Assembly (NCBI GenBank): GCA_004295085.1
Contig: SHNF01000006.1
Location: 3,280 to 67,279, forward strand
Direction of reading: 5' to 3'
Length of the DNA: 64,000 bases
Source: Planctomycetota bacterium
GTDB taxonomy: Bacteria; Planctomycetota; UBA1135
Below are positions 10,122-19,809 of the stretch, in pieces. The translations under genes were made by a program, and so were the position numbers. Position 1 is the first letter of the stretch; the number at the start of each line of letters is the position of its first letter. The notes beneath the pieces were generated by a model. That model was given only the letters and a program-made list of their open reading frames with translations. It was not told the origin of the DNA and did not search any database.

Positions 10122-11846
10122 CTACGTGGAACCGGTCCCGGCGTTGGAGACGTGCTCCTCGATGTACTCCTGCTTGAGGCCGAGAGCCTCCGGGGCGTGG
10201 AGCACCAGCATCTTCATGCGGATGTCTGCCGGAACGTCGCGCCGTGTGAGCCTGGAGACGGCCAGCATCAGCAGGATCGCCAGCGGCAGGGCCCAGATGG
10301 CCGGCTGCTCGGCCAGGGTGCGCGCGAGCGGATGCGTCCGATACCAGGCCGCCAGCCCGCCGGCCCAGGGCGCCTGGTCGGCCAGCATGGTGCTGGCGAT
10401 CGCCGCCAGGCTGAGCGTGCCGCCCACCAGCATGCCGCACGCCGCTCCCTGCATTGTGATGTTGCGCCACCAGGTGCTGAGGAACAGCAGCGGAAAGTAG
10501 CTGGTGGCCGCGATGGCAAAGGCCCAGCCGACCAGCTTGTTGATCTCGAAGGTCTCCACCAGGAAGCCGAGCAGGATCGCGCAGCCGCCGCAGAGCACCG
10601 CGCAATACTGGAACATCCGCATGCGCTCGCGCGGCCCGGACCGCGGCCGCAGCATGCGCCCGTAGATGTCGTGGGCCAGGGCGCCGGTGATCGACACCAG
10701 CAGGCCCGAGAAGGTGCTCATGAAGGCGGCGAAGGCTCCGGCGCAGGTGATGCCGCTCAGAACGGATCCAACGATTCCGTGCTGCTCCGCCAGGATGAGC
10801 GGCAGCTTGAGCACGACGCCGTCGGTTCCCTGGACCCCGGACAACCCGTTGTACAGCTCGGGCATCCGGTTGCGACCGAGCACGCCGAACACCGGAGGGA
10901 ACAGGTAGAAGACGCCGATCAGGATCATCACCCACATCGTGGTGCGCTTGGCCGCGACGCCGTCGGGATTGGTGTAGAAGCGCACCAGGATGTGCGGCAG
11001 GCCGGCGGTGCCGCAGACCAGCGCGATGATCAGCGAATAGGTGTAGAGCAGCGCGTAAGGCCGCGACTGCTCCGGCGGCAAACCGGCCGCCTTGGCGGCC
11101 TTGGTGGTCAGCGGGCCGAAGGGCGCGATCCAGACCTCGTCCGCCGGCGCCCTCTCGGGCAGCGGCTCGCGTGCCACGGCCTCGACCGCCGCCGGTCCGG
11201 CCGGCGCGTTGGCCTCGAGCTGGCGGCCGTAGTGGCCGAACACGCTCATGAGCACGAAGACCGGCACCGAGATGGCGAACATCTTGGCCCAGTACTGGAA
11301 GGCCTGCACCAGGGTGACGGCTTTCATGCCGCCGAGCGCGACGTTCAGCGTGATGACCGCGCCGACCAGCACCACTCCCGCCCCGTAGGGCAGGCCGGGG
11401 AAGATGTAGGCCAAGGTGGTGCCCGCGCCCTTCATCTGCGGCATGGTGTAGAAGAAGCCGATGAAGAGCACGAAGACCACCGCGATCTTGCGGAACAGCG
11501 GCGAGTCGAAGCGGCCCTCGGCGAAATCGGGGATCGTGTAGGCGCCGAAGCGGCGCAGCGGTCCGGCGATGAAGAGCAGCAGGAACAGGTAGCCGCAGGC
11601 GTAGCACACCGGATACCAGAGCGCGTCGTAGCCGCTCGACATCACCATCCCGGCCACCCCCATGAACGAGGCCGCCGACAGGTACTCTCCCGAGATGGCG
11701 CTGGCGTTCCAGCCGACCGACACCGCACGCCCGGCCACGAAGAAGTCGCCGGCGGTCTTCGAGCGCTTCGCCGACCAGAAGCCCAGCGCGATGGTCACGA
11801 CCACGGTGACCGCGCTGAAGGCGAGCACCCAGAAGTCAATCTTCAT
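10122..11846 (-). CDS. actP: Cation/acetate symporter (sodium:solute symporter family)
   Basis: 574 aa and polytopic. The N-terminus AKRSKTAGDFFVAGRAVSVGWNASAISGEYLSAASFMG is typical of ActP. It is preceded by a DUF485 gene. Confidence 0.9.
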   Translation of the reverse strand: MKIDFWVLAFSAVTVVVTIALGFWSAKRSKTAGDFFVAGRAVSVGWNASAISGEYLSAASFMGVAGMVMSSGYDALWYPVCYACGYLFLLLFIAGPLRRFGAYTIPDFAEGRFDSPLFRKIAVVFVLFIGFFYTMPQMKGAGTTLAYIFPGLPYGAGVVLVGAVITLNVALGGMKAVTLVQAFQYWAKMFAISVPVFVLMSVFGHYGRQLEANAPAGPAAVEAVAREPLPERAPADEVWIAPFGPLTTKAAKAAGLPPEQSRPYALLYTYSLIIALVCGTAGLPHILVRFYTNPDGVAAKRTTMWVMILIGVFYLFPPVFGVLGRNRMPELYNGLSGVQGTDGVVLKLPLILAEQHGIVGSVLSGITCAGAFAAFMSTFSGLLVSITGALAHDIYGRMLRPRSGPRERMRMFQYCAVLCGGCAILLGFLVETFEINKLVGWAFAIAATSYFPLLFLSTWWRNITMQGAACGMLVGGTLSLAAIASTMLADQAPWAGGLAAWYRTHPLARTLAEQPAIWALPLAILLMLAVSRLTRRDVPADIRMKMLVLHAPEALGLKQEYIEEHVSNAGTGST

Positions 11847-12120
11847 GCCGCGCCATCCGCGCCTCTTCCCGCTCCAGCGCCAGGGAGCGCCGGATGAAAA
11901 TCCACGCCAGGGTCCACACGAAGGGGAAGAACAGCACGCCGAGCAGGAACCAGCTGAGCGTGAAGCCGAACACGCGGGTGGCCATCAGCGCGGGCAGGAA
12001 ATAGTTGGCGAGCGGCAGGCCGAGCAGGACCGTCAGGAACGCGGCGGCACAGAACAGGGAAAGGCGGAGCTGGCGCCGCATCAGCATCCGCAGGAAGGTC
12101 TCGCTGTGGATGTCCTGCAT
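11836..12120 (-). CDS. yjcH: DUF485 small inner-membrane protein (YjcH-like)
   Basis: 94 aa with two TM segments. It overlaps the actP start by 11 nt, the classic yjcH-actP arrangement. Confidence 0.8.
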   Translation of the reverse strand: MQDIHSETFLRMLMRRQLRLSLFCAAAFLTVLLGLPLANYFLPALMATRVFGFTLSWFLLGVLFFPFVWTLAWIFIRRSLALEREEARMARHED

Positions 12121-12168
12121 GCCGGACGGTGTAGCACCGCCCCGGCGGTCCCCGCAAGGCGGCCGGGG

Positions 12169-13506
12169 CTACGGCGTGAAGACCGTGAAGGAGGCCACCT
12201 CGACCACGCCGCGCTCCACGCACAGGCCGACTTGCCCTTCCTGGCGCAGGAGCACGTCCTCGTGGTCCAGCACCTGGATGCCGTTCAAGTACAGCCGGCC
12301 GCGCCCGCCCGTGTTCGCGAACACGATGTCGCACCAGACCCCGGGCGGGATCTTGACGCCTTCGTTGGGCTTGAAGTTGTCCTCGCCTTCCGACATGTAC
12401 GTGCACCAGCGCGCGAAGATCGCCTGGCTCTCGTGTCCGGGCGTGCGGTTGAGCCGGACCTGCACCGCGTCGCCCGCGACCAGGCGCAGGCGCAGGCGCA
12501 CGCCGACATCGGCGCCGAAGACCTGCCGGCTGTGAATCGCCGTCCACGGCCCGTCGTGGCTGCCGACCAGCACGCCGTCGCGCAGCGTCCAGCGGCCCGG
12601 CTCGTCCGGCGCCAGCGCGTCCAGCGCGCTTCCGTCGAACAGAACCGTGCCCTCGGCGTGCGCCCACTCCGCCGGCAGCGGGTCGCCGCGGAGGCCGAGC
12701 CGGTCGAGCACGTGCGCGACGTGCTCCGGCGCCACCTCGATCCGCTCCAGCGACTCGCGCCAGTCGCGCTCGAGCCGCGGCAGCGTCACGCCGAACACCA
12801 GGCCGGCCTCGGTGGAGTTGCGGTAATAGGCCTTCACGGTTTCGATGCCAAAGCGCTCGACCAGGTACAGGACGAAGGAAGCGGCCACGTGGTACGGGTG
12901 CACCCCGGGCGGCGCGCCCTCCGGGAAGCTGCAGCGCAGCGCGTCCAGCGCCGGCAGCCGCCCCGCGCGCTGGTAGACGGCCGCCCAGGAGTGCACGGGC
13001 ACGTTCTGGTCGGACTCCGCCATCGCCGTGGCCAGGCCCTCGGTCAGGAACGGGTCCGGTCCCGCGGCGTCCGCCACCTCCGGGAACTGCAGCGCGAAGA
13101 TGTGCGTCAGCTCATGCACCCCGCGGAAGTCGCGCACCTGGTGCACGCTCACGGTCCCCGTGGAGAAGGCGATGTCGCCGGCGCCCTCCGTACGCGTGTT
13201 CATGTCCTCCTTGTCGCGGTACAGGAAAACATGGATGCGCCCCTGGTACCGCATCCTCAGCTTGTCCTCCAGCTCCGCGTAATAGGCCACGTTGGCCGCC
13301 ACGTCCTCCGTCAACTGAGCCTCGCTGAGGTCGCCGGCGCGGTAGTGGAAGACGATGTGCTCGGTCTCCACGACCGCGGCCAGCTCCTGCAGGATCCTGC
13401 GGTCGAAGTCGGTGGCCCAGTCCGCTCCGGCGTCCTGGCCGCCAACCTCCGTCCCCGACAACGCGAGAACGCAAGCACTCAGAATCCGGCGTGGATCTCG
13501 TCTCAT
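12169..13506 (-). CDS. Secreted protein with an HExxH peptidase-like N-domain and a DUF1080/LamG-like C-domain
   Basis: Signal-like N-terminus, HELTH motif (GVHELTHIF), and a C-terminal jelly-roll-like region (WTLRDGVLVG...LYLNGIQVLD). Confidence 0.7.
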   Translation of the reverse strand: MRRDPRRILSACVLALSGTEVGGQDAGADWATDFDRRILQELAAVVETEHIVFHYRAGDLSEAQLTEDVAANVAYYAELEDKLRMRYQGRIHVFLYRDKEDMNTRTEGAGDIAFSTGTVSVHQVRDFRGVHELTHIFALQFPEVADAAGPDPFLTEGLATAMAESDQNVPVHSWAAVYQRAGRLPALDALRCSFPEGAPPGVHPYHVAASFVLYLVERFGIETVKAYYRNSTEAGLVFGVTLPRLERDWRESLERIEVAPEHVAHVLDRLGLRGDPLPAEWAHAEGTVLFDGSALDALAPDEPGRWTLRDGVLVGSHDGPWTAIHSRQVFGADVGVRLRLRLVAGDAVQVRLNRTPGHESQAIFARWCTYMSEGEDNFKPNEGVKIPPGVWCDIVFANTGGRGRLYLNGIQVLDHEDVLLRQEGQVGLCVERGVVEVASFTVFTP

Positions 13507-13632
13507 GGATCTACTCCGGACCTATCCATGCTGGACCGTGGAGGTTACGGGTCGAAATGGACGCCAACCTCCACGACCCGCGGCAAGTGGGTCTCATCCC
13601 GCTCGGAGGGACCCGCCCAGGACGCCGGATAG

Positions 13633-13842
13633 CTCGGCCCGCATCGATCCGGCGCGCGCCTGGCGGCAAGGATTCGGGCGCTGGCGCAGCAGCCGCGACC
13701 TCCAGGCTGCCAGAAGCTGTCCGGCCAGCACGACTTGTACCGAATCCGCGCCGGTGCTTATCGCATCGTCTCCCAGATCGACGATCAGGCGTCGGTGGTG
13801 CTGGTGGCCAAGATCGGGCATCGCCGGGACGTGTACCGCTGA
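13633..13842 (+). pseudogene. RelE/ParE-family toxin remnant
   Basis: Not in the ORF track. Hand translation gives ...ARIRALAQQPRPPGCQKLSGQHDLYRIRAGAYRIVSQIDDQASVVLVAKIGHRRDVYR*, a textbook RelE/ParE C-terminus. The frame is closed by TAG at 13630-13632. There is no ATG/GTG start after it and no antitoxin ORF upstream. Confidence 0.55.
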
Positions 13843-13854
13843 TCCGGCTGCTGC

Positions 13855-15129
13855 TCAGCGCCCGCGTCTCCCGCGTCCTCCGGGGCCCGGGCGGCGCCCG
13901 CGGCGCTCCGCGTTGGCCTTGGCCCGCAGGCGCTCGTCGGCCTTGCGCGCGCGGATGGCCGCGATGCGCTCCTGGTGCGGCACCTCCAGGCGCGCCGGCG
14001 GCGGCGCGGCGTAGTTGAAGTCGGGAACGATGACGCGCGGCAGGCGCTTGCCGAGCGCCTTCTCGATGCCGCGCAGGTCCGTCTCTTCCTCGGGGGAGAC
14101 GAAGGTGAACGCGTCTCCGCTGGCCTCGGCGCGGCCGGTGCGGCCCACGCGATGGATGTAGTCCTCGGGCACCTGCGGCACGTCGAAGTTGACCACGTGG
14201 CCCAGCTCGCTGATGTCGATCCCGCGCGCGGCGATGTCGGTGGCCACCAGCACGCGGTAGTGGCCGTTCTTGAAGCCCGCCAGCGCCTGCGTGCGCTGGC
14301 TCTGCGAGCGGTTGCCGTGGATGCGTTCGGAGCGGACGCCTTGTTTCTCCAGGAACTTGGCCAGCCGGTCGGCGCGGTGCTTGGTGCGCGTGAACACGAG
14401 CGCCTCCTGCATGTCGCCGCGCCGCAGGATGGCCACCAGCAGCGCCGGCTTCAGCGCCGCCGGCACCGGATAGACCGCCTGCGTGATCCCGACCGCCGGC
14501 GCCGCCTGCCGCTGCAGGCTGATGCGCGCCGGGTCGCGCAGCATCTCGCCGGCCAGCGCCGCGATCGGCGCCGGCATGGTGGCGCTGAAGAACAAGGTCT
14601 GGCGCCGCGCCGGCAGGTGCTTGAGGATGCGGCGGATGTCGGGCAGGAAGCCCATGTCCAGCATGCGGTCGGCCTCGTCCAGCACCAGGTACTGCAGGCC
14701 GCTGAGCCGGGCATAGGGCTGGCGGAAGTGATCCAGGAGGCGGCCGGGAGTGGCCACGATCACGTCCACGCCGCTGCGCAGGGCGTGCTCCTGCGGCACC
14801 ATGCCGACGCCGCCGAACACCGCCGCGGCGGTGACCGGCGTGTGCGCGGCCAGCTCGTCCAGCTCCGCGGCGATCTGGGCCGCCAGCTCGCGCGTCGGGG
14901 TGAGGATCAGGGCGCGCGTGGTGCCGCGCGGCAGGTCGATCAGGCGGTGCAGGATCGGCAGCAGGAAGGCGGCGGTCTTGCCGCTGCCGGTCATGGCGCA
15001 GGCGAGCACGTCCTTGCCGGCGAGCGCCGGCGGGATCGCCTCGGCCTGGATCGGCGTCGGGCGGGTGAAGCCCAGCTCGTGGATGCCCTTGAGCAGGCTC
15101 GGGTGCAGCTTGAGGCTGGTGAACGGCAC
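13855..15129 (-). CDS. rhlE: DEAD-box ATP-dependent RNA helicase
   Basis: Q-motif region, AMTGSGKTAAF, VLDEADRMLDMGF, SAT, and a basic Arg/Gly C-terminal tail. Confidence 0.9.
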   Translation of the reverse strand: MPFTSLKLHPSLLKGIHELGFTRPTPIQAEAIPPALAGKDVLACAMTGSGKTAAFLLPILHRLIDLPRGTTRALILTPTRELAAQIAAELDELAAHTPVTAAAVFGGVGMVPQEHALRSGVDVIVATPGRLLDHFRQPYARLSGLQYLVLDEADRMLDMGFLPDIRRILKHLPARRQTLFFSATMPAPIAALAGEMLRDPARISLQRQAAPAVGITQAVYPVPAALKPALLVAILRRGDMQEALVFTRTKHRADRLAKFLEKQGVRSERIHGNRSQSQRTQALAGFKNGHYRVLVATDIAARGIDISELGHVVNFDVPQVPEDYIHRVGRTGRAEASGDAFTFVSPEEETDLRGIEKALGKRLPRVIVPDFNYAAPPPARLEVPHQERIAAIRARKADERLRAKANAERRGRRPGPGGRGRRGR

Positions 15130-15216
15130 GGATGGTCCTCCGGTGGAGCGCGGCGAGCGGCCGGACCGTCCGGTGCACGAACGCTGGAACCCGGAATTGT
15201 ACCAGCGGCCGCCGGC

Positions 15217-15504
15217 TTAGACGCCTTCGACCAGCATCATGTCGGTGATCGAGGCGCTCTGGCGCAGCGCCTTGGGCCCGGCGTACTCCGCGCAGGACCA
15301 CCAGGCCTTGGCCTACTCGAAGCTGGGGAATTCCAGCAGCACGACGCGCCTGGGCTCCCAGCCGCCTTCCAGCCGCTCGGCCCTGCCTCCGCGCGCCAGG
15401 TACCTGCCGCCGAACCGCGCGATCGTGGGCGGCACCACTTTGACGTACTCCGCGTAGCGCTGCGGATCGGTGATCTGGATGTTGACGAGGAGGTAAGCCG
15501 GCAT
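15217..15504 (-). pseudogene. DUF1330-family gene interrupted by one in-frame TAG
   Basis: The listed ORF 15313..15504 ends ...VVLLEFPSFE*. Reading on in the same frame gives AKAWWSCAEYAGPKALRQSASITDMMLVEGV* (TAA at 15217-15219). Together these make a full-length DUF1330 domain of about 95 codons. Confidence 0.7.
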
Positions 15505-15642
15505 GCCGGAACCTTAGCCGCGCGCGCGCCCGGTCCTCGTTCGTTCAGCCTGCGTTCAGCGGCACGGCCTAGCCTGCCCTGGTTCTCCGCGATCCTGCGC
15601 AGCGCAGGACCGGAAGGACCAGGACACAAGGAGCAAGAAACC

Positions 15643-16584
15643 ATGAAGACTTCCAAGCTGTTGCTGCTGGCCGCCGCCTGCGTGCCGGGGCTCGTCCTCG
15701 CCGCGGCGCCGGCCGATCCCGCGCCGGACCACACTGCCGGCGAGCAGCCCTGCGATGCGCAGGCGAAGGCGGTGCTGCAGGCCGCGCAGGAGCAGGCGGA
15801 GGCCGACTTCTGGCTGGCGGTCGCCCGCTGCATCAACGATCCTGAGGGTCCGCTCTCGCAATGCCTGGCGCAGGCCGAGAGAGAGCGCGACGAGGCCCTG
15901 GAGCTGGCCGAGGACCAGCACCAGGCGCGGCTGAAGCTGTGCGCGGCGCTGGGTCACGGGCGCTACGACCCGCCGATCCGGCCGTCCGAGTTCTCGCCCG
16001 ACATCACCAACAACTACTTCCCGCACGTGCCGGGCCGCACCCTGGTCTACGAGAAGACGACGGCCAAGGGGCTGGAGCACCTCGAGGTGACGGCGCTGGA
16101 CCGCACGGTCGTGATCGACGGAGTCGAGTGCCGCGCGGTGCGCGACGTCGAGGCCCTGAACGGCCAGGTGGTCGAAGACACCGAGGACTGGTTCAGCCAG
16201 CACCGGAACGGCAACGTGTGGTACTTCGGCGAGTTCGTGCTCAACTACGATGAGGACGGTTTCGTGGAGGACATCGACGGCTCCTTCCGGGCCGGAGTCG
16301 ACGGCGCCAAGCCCGGCATCCTGATGCTGGCCGCGCCCGCGCGCGGCGACCTATACCGCCAGGAGTTCTTCATCAACGAGGCCGAGGACGTGGGCCTGGT
16401 CCTCTCCCTCAACGAGACGGTGACCGTGCCCTACGGCACCTTCAACAACTGCCTGCAGACGCTGGACGGCTCCCCGATCGAGCCCGACGCGCGCGAGCAC
16501 AAGTACTACGCTCCTGGAATCGGGCTTGTGCTGGAGGTGGACCTGGAGAAGGGCGAGCGCCTCGAGCTGATCGCGATCCGCTGA
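15643..16584 (+). CDS. Secreted Cys-containing protein of unknown function, paralog 1
   Basis: ATG at 15643 preceded by AAGGAG, with signal peptide MKTSKLLLLAAACVPGLVLAAAP. The listed 13975..16584 ORF is mostly antisense rhlE. About half the residues are identical to the next gene by eye. Confidence 0.75.
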   Translation: MKTSKLLLLAAACVPGLVLAAAPADPAPDHTAGEQPCDAQAKAVLQAAQEQAEADFWLAVARCINDPEGPLSQCLAQAERERDEALELAEDQHQARLKLCAALGHGRYDPPIRPSEFSPDITNNYFPHVPGRTLVYEKTTAKGLEHLEVTALDRTVVIDGVECRAVRDVEALNGQVVEDTEDWFSQHRNGNVWYFGEFVLNYDEDGFVEDIDGSFRAGVDGAKPGILMLAAPARGDLYRQEFFINEAEDVGLVLSLNETVTVPYGTFNNCLQTLDGSPIEPDAREHKYYAPGIGLVLEVDLEKGERLELIAIR

Positions 16585-16607
16585 CGGCGGAGTAGGCTGG
16601 AACTGGA

Positions 16608-16638
16608 CCGCCCGCCGCAGCCCCCGGGCGGCGGGCGG
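16608..16638 (+). terminator. GC-rich hairpin between the two paralogs
   Basis: CCGCCCGCCGC-agcccccgg-GCGGCGGGCGG, a perfect 11-bp stem 24 nt after the stop. There is no clear U-tract. Confidence 0.3.
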
Positions 16639-16720
16639 CCTGTTCAGCCAGCATTCAGGATCCGACGCCACCCTGGATCTCGCAGCCCCCTGGCGAGCCA
16701 GGCAAAGACCGGAGCACGAC

Positions 16721-17668
16721 ATGAAGACCTCGACCCTTTTGATTCTCGGCGCGGCCGCTCTCGCTGCCCCTGCCTTCGGCCAGTCCGCAGCGCCGGGAGC
16801 GGCGGCCCCGGCCGCGCTGCGCGACGGCCCGCGCCCCTGCGAGGCGGCGGCGCGCGCCGCGCGCGAGGCCACCCTGCGCCAGGCCGACGTCGCCTTCTGG
16901 CTGGAGCTCGCGGCCTGCTTCAACGACTCCGCCGGCGATCTGGCCGGCAGCGCGAAGGAAGCCCTGGAGGAGCGCGCGCAAGCCCGCGCGCTGGCCGGGG
17001 AACAGTACCAGGGGCGGCTGGAGGCCTGCGCCGCGCTGGGGCACGGGACCTACGAGCCGCAGGTCGATCCGGGCGAGTTCTCGCCGCACGTGACCAACCC
17101 GTGGTTCCCGCTGGTCCCGGGCCGCACGCTGGTGTACGAGCAGCGGACCGCGGAGGGGCTGGAGCGCGTGGAGGTGACGGTGCTGCACCAGGTGGTCGAG
17201 ATCGCCGGGGTGCGCTGCCGCTCGGTGCGCGAGGTCGAGACGCTCGACGGCGTCGTGTTCGAGGACACGGTCAACTGGTACGCCCAGCACCTGTCCGGCG
17301 ACGTGTGGTACTTCGGCGAGGTCGCGCAGCACTTCGAGGACGGGTTCCTCGAAAGCCTCGAGGGGTCGTGGAGGGCCGGCGTGAACGGCGCGCAGCCCGG
17401 CATCATGATGCCGGCCGCTCCGGCGATCGGCGCGGTCTACCGCCAGGAGTACCTGATCAACGTGGCGGAAGACATCGTGATGGTCTCCGGCCTGGACGAG
17501 ACCGTGACCGTGCCGCTGGGCACCGCGACCGGCTGCGCCCGCATCTCGGAATGGAGCCCGCTGGAGCCCAAGGACAACGCCGACAAGTACGTGGACCCCG
17601 GAGTCGGCATCATCCTGGAGGTGAACACACGCACCGGTGAGCGGCTCGAGCTGGTCGAGATCCGCTGA
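16721..17668 (+). CDS. Secreted Cys-containing protein of unknown function, paralog 2
   Basis: Signal peptide MKTSTLLILGAAALAAPAFG. It is colinear with paralog 1 (CAALGHG, PGRTLVYE, VWYFGE, TVTVP, GERLEL..IR). Its stop lies 7 nt before the response-regulator start. Confidence 0.8.
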   Translation: MKTSTLLILGAAALAAPAFGQSAAPGAAAPAALRDGPRPCEAAARAAREATLRQADVAFWLELAACFNDSAGDLAGSAKEALEERAQARALAGEQYQGRLEACAALGHGTYEPQVDPGEFSPHVTNPWFPLVPGRTLVYEQRTAEGLERVEVTVLHQVVEIAGVRCRSVREVETLDGVVFEDTVNWYAQHLSGDVWYFGEVAQHFEDGFLESLEGSWRAGVNGAQPGIMMPAAPAIGAVYRQEYLINVAEDIVMVSGLDETVTVPLGTATGCARISEWSPLEPKDNADKYVDPGVGIILEVNTRTGERLELVEIR

Positions 17669-17675
17669 TCCCGGC

Positions 17676-18356
17676 ATGACGAGGATCCTCCTGGTCGAGG
17701 ATGAAGAGCGCCTGGCGCGCTCGCTCGGCGTCGGGCTGCGGGACGAAGACTACCTGGTCGACCTCGCGCGCGACGGCGAGGAAGCCCTGTGGTTCGCCGG
17801 CTCCGGGAACCACGACCTGATGATCCTGGACCTGCGCATCCCCAAGGTGGACGGCTGGGAGGTGTGCCGGCGCCTGCGCGCGAACGGCTCCCCGGTCCCG
17901 ATCCTCATGCTGACGGCCTGCGACGCGAAGGAGGAGATCGTGGCGGGCCTCGACCTGGGGGCGGATGACTACCTGCCGAAGCCCTTCGAGTTCTCCGAGC
18001 TGCTGGCGCGCGTGCGCGCGCTCCTGCGGCGCGGCACGATGATCCGTTCCGCGCGCCTGCAGCTCGCCGACCTGGAGATGGACGTGAAGGCGCGGCGCGT
18101 GTGGCGCGCGGGCCGGGAGATCGCGCTCAGCAGCATGGAGTTCCGCGTGCTCGAGCACCTGCTGCGCAACGCCGGCACGGTGCAGAGCAGGGCGCGCATC
18201 GCGGCGGCGGTGTGGGACGACGAGCTCGGTCCCGACTCCAACGTGCTCGAGGTGCTGGTCTCGCACCTGCGCCGCAAGCTCGACCGCGACTTTCAGCCGC
18301 CGCTGCTGCACACGCGCCGCGGAGAGGGCTACCTGCTGTCCGACGAGGCCGGATGA
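17676..18356 (+). CDS. OmpR/PhoB-family response regulator
   Basis: MTRILLVEDE..., receiver Asp in LMILDLRIP, LTA...DDYLPKPF, and a winged-helix C-terminus (EFRVLEHLL...RGEGYLL). ATG at 17676 lies inside the listed ORF 17637..18356. Confidence 0.9.
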   Translation: MTRILLVEDEERLARSLGVGLRDEDYLVDLARDGEEALWFAGSGNHDLMILDLRIPKVDGWEVCRRLRANGSPVPILMLTACDAKEEIVAGLDLGADDYLPKPFEFSELLARVRALLRRGTMIRSARLQLADLEMDVKARRVWRAGREIALSSMEFRVLEHLLRNAGTVQSRARIAAAVWDDELGPDSNVLEVLVSHLRRKLDRDFQPPLLHTRRGEGYLLSDEAG

Positions 18357-19780
18357 AGCCGCTCTCCATCCGCGCCAGCCTGATCGCCTGGTTCGTCGGT
18401 CTCACGATGCTCCTGCTCGCGGCCTTCGCGGCGACCCTCTATCTTGGCATCAGCCGGGCCCTGCACTCCGGGCTGGACGCGCGTCTGGTCACCGAGGGCT
18501 CCGGGCTGGCCGCGCTGGCCGAATGGGACGAGGACCTGCAGCGCGTGATGCTGGAGATGTCGGAGGACCTGCAGGCGAAGCTCACGGCGAACCACCCGCA
18601 GCGCAGCCACGAGGTGTGGGTGTGGCCGGACCGGCGCCCCCTGGTCCGATCGCGTGAGACGCTGGACTTCCCGCTGCCCGACGCCTCCTTCGGCCGGGAC
18701 TTCGACCTGAGCACCGCTCCCGGCGTCGAATTCAGCACCGTGGACGGGCCGAGGGGGCCGCGGCGGGTCGCCTCGATGCTGTACTACGCGCCCGAGATCG
18801 CCGCAGACGACGAGGGCGTCCGGCGCGAGCCCTTCACCTTGTTCGTGCGCATCATGGAGGATCTGGCGCCGATCGAGGCGCAACTGGGGCGGCTGGCCTG
18901 GCTGGTCGCCGGGCTCGGCGGCATCGCCTTGCTGGTGGTGCTCGCATTCGGCGTCTTCCTGTCGCGGCGGGTGGTCCGCCCGCTCCAGGAGCTCGGAGCC
19001 GCCGCGCGTGAAATCCGGGCCGGCCGCGCCGTGGAGCTGCCCCGGCGCGGGGTCGGGGACGAGGTGGACGCGCTCGGAGACCATCTCGAGGAGGCCTTTT
19101 CGCGGCTGGAGGCCGCGCGGCAGCGCCAGGAGCGCTTTACCTCGGACGCGGCCCACGAGCTCCGCAATCCGATCGCGGTGATCCGCAGCGCGGCCGAGGT
19201 CGCGCTGCGCCGCGAGCGCTCTCCCGAGGACTATCGCGCCTTCCTGGGCGACATCCTGGCGACCTCACGGCGCATGGGCGACGCGGTGGAGGCGCTGCTG
19301 CTGCTCGCGCGCATGGACGCGGGCACGGCCGGCGCCTCCTTCCGCAACGTCGACCTGGTGGCGATCGCGCGCGATTCCGCTGCGGCCCAGCCGCTCGCGG
19401 ACGGCCGCGTGCGCGTGCTGGGGGATCCGGCGGCCATCGTCCACGGCGACGAGGGCCTGTTGCGCGTGCTGGTGGACAACCTGCTGAGCAATGCCCTGCG
19501 CTATTCGGGGCCGCAGGCGCCAGTGACGGTCAGCGTCCAGAACGGCGACGGCACGCTGCTCGCGGTCTCGGACCAGGGCCCGGGCATCCCGCCGGAATCC
19601 CTCGGGCGCGTCTTCGACCGCTTCTACCGGGTCGAAACCATCAACGGCGCGCCGGGAGCCGGCCTCGGCCTCGCCATCGTGGCCGAGGTTGCCCGCCTGC
19701 ACGCGGTGGCGCCCCACATCGACAGCTCGCCTCGGGGCACCACGGTCACGGTCCGCTTCCCGCCGCCGCCGGAAGCTTAG
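18353..19780 (+). CDS. Sensor histidine kinase (two TM segments, HAMP, HisKA, HATPase)
   Basis: ATG 18353 overlaps the regulator's TGA (ATGA). H-box AAHELRNPIAV, DQGPGIP and GLGLAIV. Confidence 0.9.
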   Translation: MKPLSIRASLIAWFVGLTMLLLAAFAATLYLGISRALHSGLDARLVTEGSGLAALAEWDEDLQRVMLEMSEDLQAKLTANHPQRSHEVWVWPDRRPLVRSRETLDFPLPDASFGRDFDLSTAPGVEFSTVDGPRGPRRVASMLYYAPEIAADDEGVRREPFTLFVRIMEDLAPIEAQLGRLAWLVAGLGGIALLVVLAFGVFLSRRVVRPLQELGAAAREIRAGRAVELPRRGVGDEVDALGDHLEEAFSRLEAARQRQERFTSDAAHELRNPIAVIRSAAEVALRRERSPEDYRAFLGDILATSRRMGDAVEALLLLARMDAGTAGASFRNVDLVAIARDSAAAQPLADGRVRVLGDPAAIVHGDEGLLRVLVDNLLSNALRYSGPQAPVTVSVQNGDGTLLAVSDQGPGIPPESLGRVFDRFYRVETINGAPGAGLGLAIVAEVARLHAVAPHIDSSPRGTTVTVRFPPPPEA

Positions 19781-19809
19781 GCACCTCGGCGCCGGGATAT
19801 CTTCACTCC

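Noticed and set aside
15313-15315. Possibility that TAG is read as a sense codon genome-wide, given in-frame TAGs in the DUF1330, RelE-like and HigB-like frames
   Set aside because: TAG terminates several well-supported genes at sensible ends, for example the OM barrel ...GISFAF-TAG at 3556 and the genes ending at 1876, 4365 and 5013. Two of the three TAG-containing frames are otherwise degraded.
13975-16584. 869-aa + strand ORF that could be read as one large gene
   Set aside because: The first ~555 codons are antisense to rhlE and the DUF1330 gene. A signal peptide with an AAGGAG SD starts at 15643, and only that part matches the downstream paralog.
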